64,000 nucleotides of DNA from the NCBI GenBank assembly GCA_004022145.1, contig RCNU01000003.1; one strand, given 5' to 3'. The notes beneath the pieces are model-generated. The model searched no databases, was not told where the DNA came from, and saw nothing but the letters and a program-made list of their open reading frames with translations. Numbering within the stretch: the stretch's first letter is position 1; every line of letters starts with the position of its first letter. A program made the position numbers and the translations under genes. Origin of the DNA: Paecilomyces variotii (lineage: Eukaryota). This document shows positions 61,156 through 64,000 of the stretch, in pieces.

Positions 61156-63040
61156 TCACTCCATCTTAAGGGCCTCATCAGCAGTTGCTTCAAGCTTCTC
61201 CCATTCCTCCTTGATCTCGGTGACAAACTTCTCCGGTTCAAGACCATACTTCTTGAACTCCCCGTCGACCGTTCGGTATGTTGAATTTACCAATTCCCGA
61301 AAACTGGGAACTGTACAAGCTGTCTGCTGGCTCTTGACCAGCTGGGACAACAGAACCCATATGATTAAGTCCATATCCTTGGGGAACTTCTGGAATACGG
61401 CATCCGGAGAACCTATTGCGTGGTTCCGATTTAGGTTCATAGCAACTTTCACAAGGGCGTAGGTATGAACTTGACGAATAGGGTGGCCCTCGTATGGGTA
61501 TACAATAGGGTCAACGCGAAGATACCGAATGACCATTTGTACAAAAGCTGATTGAAATTGCTTTGCTGCGGCCATCGCTATGATCAATTCATCCCGCAGA
61601 GATACGTAAGGCTGGCGAGTGATGGGCCAAGCCGAGGTTTCTCGTAGCATGCGTAAAGCAGATCGGAGCTTCTCCATACTTTGTAATGCATCATTATCAG
61701 CGCTTGCGGATGCAACCAGGTTCCGCGCTCTCTCGTCAATGTCCTCCAGAGTGGAGGGGTCCAACGATGTTGGTAGAAACTGGTCTTCACGGGTCTCTTT
61801 TCCTTGCTCGCATTTGGAACAATTGCATTCGAAATAGTATCGCTCGGCTAGCTCCTTGCGTCGAACATTATACGGATAGGTGGCGTCAACGTACGAAATG
61901 AAGATCTGTTCGTCTGCTTTGATCGGCCTTGTAGCCTTGATGAATAGCTCATCGCCGTCAAACCCCACCACTGAGTTATAGTCACAGCTGTGGTTTATAA
62001 ATGCCGCGTATGGGTGTAGGTATAGACCAACGCGATCATATAACGGGTTAACAAGGTTGAATGTGTTCAAGTCGATCTACATTGCGTGTCAGCGATTACT
62101 CAATAAAGACAGGGAGACCCTACTAACCTTTGCAAGGAAGGAAGCAATCGATTCTTCCTTCATATCAGTGCGTGAGTATTCCTTGACAGCTTTTGCTGTC
62201 AGCAAGATACGGTTCCACTGGTCTTGGTTCGTATCTCGAATCTCAGCGGCATGCGTTTCGAGCATCTGAAAGATGTCGAACTCCGAGTCATCGTATTTCT
62301 GATTTGCCCGGCGCAGAATAATCCGTAAGACAGCTCTCGCAAAGTTGGGTAGGATCTTCGGTTGTAGCTTGCAATAGATTGAGCATTCAAGTGAGTGCGC
62401 GAATTTCCAGTCCTTGGATTGGCAGGCCTATTTGAAATCATTAGTGACAAAGGATCATCACAGTCATATATGTGAGCGGTTACTGCCAACAAGTGATAAT
62501 TGATGACGGGAGTCGTCCCCAACTTCACGTCACTGACAGTTACCGCCTTATATAGGTGACAGGAATCATAACGACCACTGAAGAGAGTGGAAAGAACAAA
62601 ACAAAGCAAAGAACCAAACAGAGCCTTTGAAAAGACAAGATCATAGAATTGTAATGAAAGGAAAACAAAGAATAGCTGACAACCCCTACCAACTATTACA
62701 TAAACATTTTCATTTTCAGACATGGCTGAAAACGATCTTATAATTGAACAGGAACAGACAGAAACATGGAACTCACCCTATCACAATACCTCACAACCTT
62801 ACATCCCGTACAAGCTTTCGGAGGCTTAACCCCGTCAAAAAACTGCTTTTTCCCAAAACATCCCGAGCAAGTATCCTCGAGCTTAGGAGTATCGAGCACA
62901 GCAACAAAGGGACGGTTCGTCTTCAGCACATCTTCTCCGACATTGATATCCTTTGTAGCAAAGAGGCCATTGCCCATGTTGTCGGTAAGACGAGGCATGG
63001 CTTTAGTGTCCATTGATGGTGGTTGGTTGTGGGGTGACAT
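61156..63040 (-). CDS. SET and MYND domain (SMYD-family) lysine methyltransferase (introns 62428-62776, 62077-62128)
   Basis: GNGLFATKDI, MYND CSGC..CTGCKVVRYCDRACQSKDWKFAHSLEC, AAFINHSCDYN, IFISYVD, post-SET YYFECNCSKC. Confidence 0.93.
62457..62560 (-). ncRNA. Candidate structured intronic RNA (long hairpin, H/ACA-like flanks) in SMYD intron 1
   Basis: Hand-folded stem GCGGU/ACCGC, ACUGUCAG/UUGGCAGU, GUGA/UCAC, AGUUG/CAAUU, GACG/CGUC; ANANNA (AUAUAA) immediately 5' and ACA just 3'. Confidence 0.4.
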
Positions 63041-64000
63041 TTTGGGGATGGGTTGGACCAGGAACTTTGAAGCTAATAACAACCAGCTTGTGGATCAAAT
63101 AAGAGAATAGGAAGTCCAGATAGAAGATTCCCAGTCTCACGATTCACACTTCCTATCGCTCACATCCAACAGTTCAATGCCAACTGTTTCACAGGTAAAC
63201 GCGCTCAGAAATAGTCGAGTAAGGTGCGAACAAGATGAAAGTCAGACGTCCCAGAGATCAACGTTGGTTCTATAAGATCAATTCTTCTCTAGCAAGCCTT
63301 CGACTGAATCAATGAAGAAGAGGTACTGTCTTCTGCTCTGAGAGGTCTATCGTGTTCTCTGTTGATCAATCAAAGGTTAATTTGTGACGGTCGTCTTGAG
63401 CCAGTCAAGAGACAAGTAAGAGGGGCAACAGAATCCACAATCACGTGGTTTCCACTTGAGATCCAATCCTGGAATAATATAATACAGTTCATCTCCTGAC
63501 AGAGCAACACGGGGTAATTATTATTTTGAAGGCTGTAGAATTTGATATAACTCTAGGTATATATACACGTACATACGTAGATGAGCTAATTGACAGACCC
63601 GACAAGATAACAGAAGAAAAAAGAACAATGTTCTGCCTTCTCTGTACTTGACATGAGCGCATATGCAGCAAACCTAGTATGACAATAAATATGAAAGGGC
63701 AGACAAACAAGAGATTAGCTGCAAATACAAATAAAATCGTGGAACAGGAATTATCCACTCCTCCATACTCCTGCCCACAAGAACATCGTAAACAAGAGGA
63801 ACGAGGCAGGGCAGGCGCTGTAACGAGCAAATAACAGGTCTATCAGGAGTAGTAGACAGCATTCATGCGAACAATCGTCTCGCATAAAACCGGAAAGAAC
63901 TTTTCATCTAGCCAATGCGTAACTCGGGAGAGGGGAATGTATCTCTTCTTCTCGATCTTGGAATCATGCCAAGTCGAGTATTCACAGAAGCTTACCACCA

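Noticed and set aside
62500..62581. Plus-strand box C (TTGATGA) and box D (CTGA) motifs
   Set aside because: Antisense to the host gene, no terminal stem and no rRNA complementarity that I could recognise.
1..64000. Transposons, Starship captain, 5S rRNA, snRNAs, TPP riboswitch, secondary-metabolite cluster
   Set aside because: No corresponding motifs found by eye; small RNAs could still be missed without covariance-model searches.

Overview
Gene-dense, intron-containing region of a filamentous ascomycete genome. Gene families and GT..CTRAC..YAG introns point to Eurotiomycetes/Eurotiales; the species cannot be fixed from sequence. About 23 protein genes can be reconstructed, nearly all by splicing: three small hypothetical genes, DEP1, NOP12, a conserved hypothetical gene, an FAD/NAD(P)-binding oxidoreductase, peroxisomal acyl-CoA oxidase, a GPI-anchored Ser/Thr-rich protein, an Rsa1/NUFIP1-CCCH protein, RPC25, cystathionine gamma-lyase, an HPM1-like methyltransferase, the complex I 17.8 kDa subunit, a giant heptad-repeat coiled-coil protein, two tandem C2H2 zinc-finger genes, NAD(P)HX dehydratase, SPT2, RPP2, RPS15, an orphan gene and a SET/MYND methyltransferase. 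I saw no transposase, tRNA, rRNA, CRISPR or secondary-metabolite backbone gene. Best leads: (1) a strand-specific long RNA hairpin flanked by H-box-like and ACA motifs inside the unusually long SMYD intron; (2) apparently ancient linkage of DEP1/CYS3/NOP12/RPS15/RPP2 shared with budding yeast; (3) a three-copy diverged ~130-bp intergenic element; (4) a spliced ~98-aa microprotein ending in an alternating beta-strand motif, missed by the ORF track; (5) a possible PTS1 on the NAD(P)HX repair enzyme. Family calls are by motif recognition, not database search.
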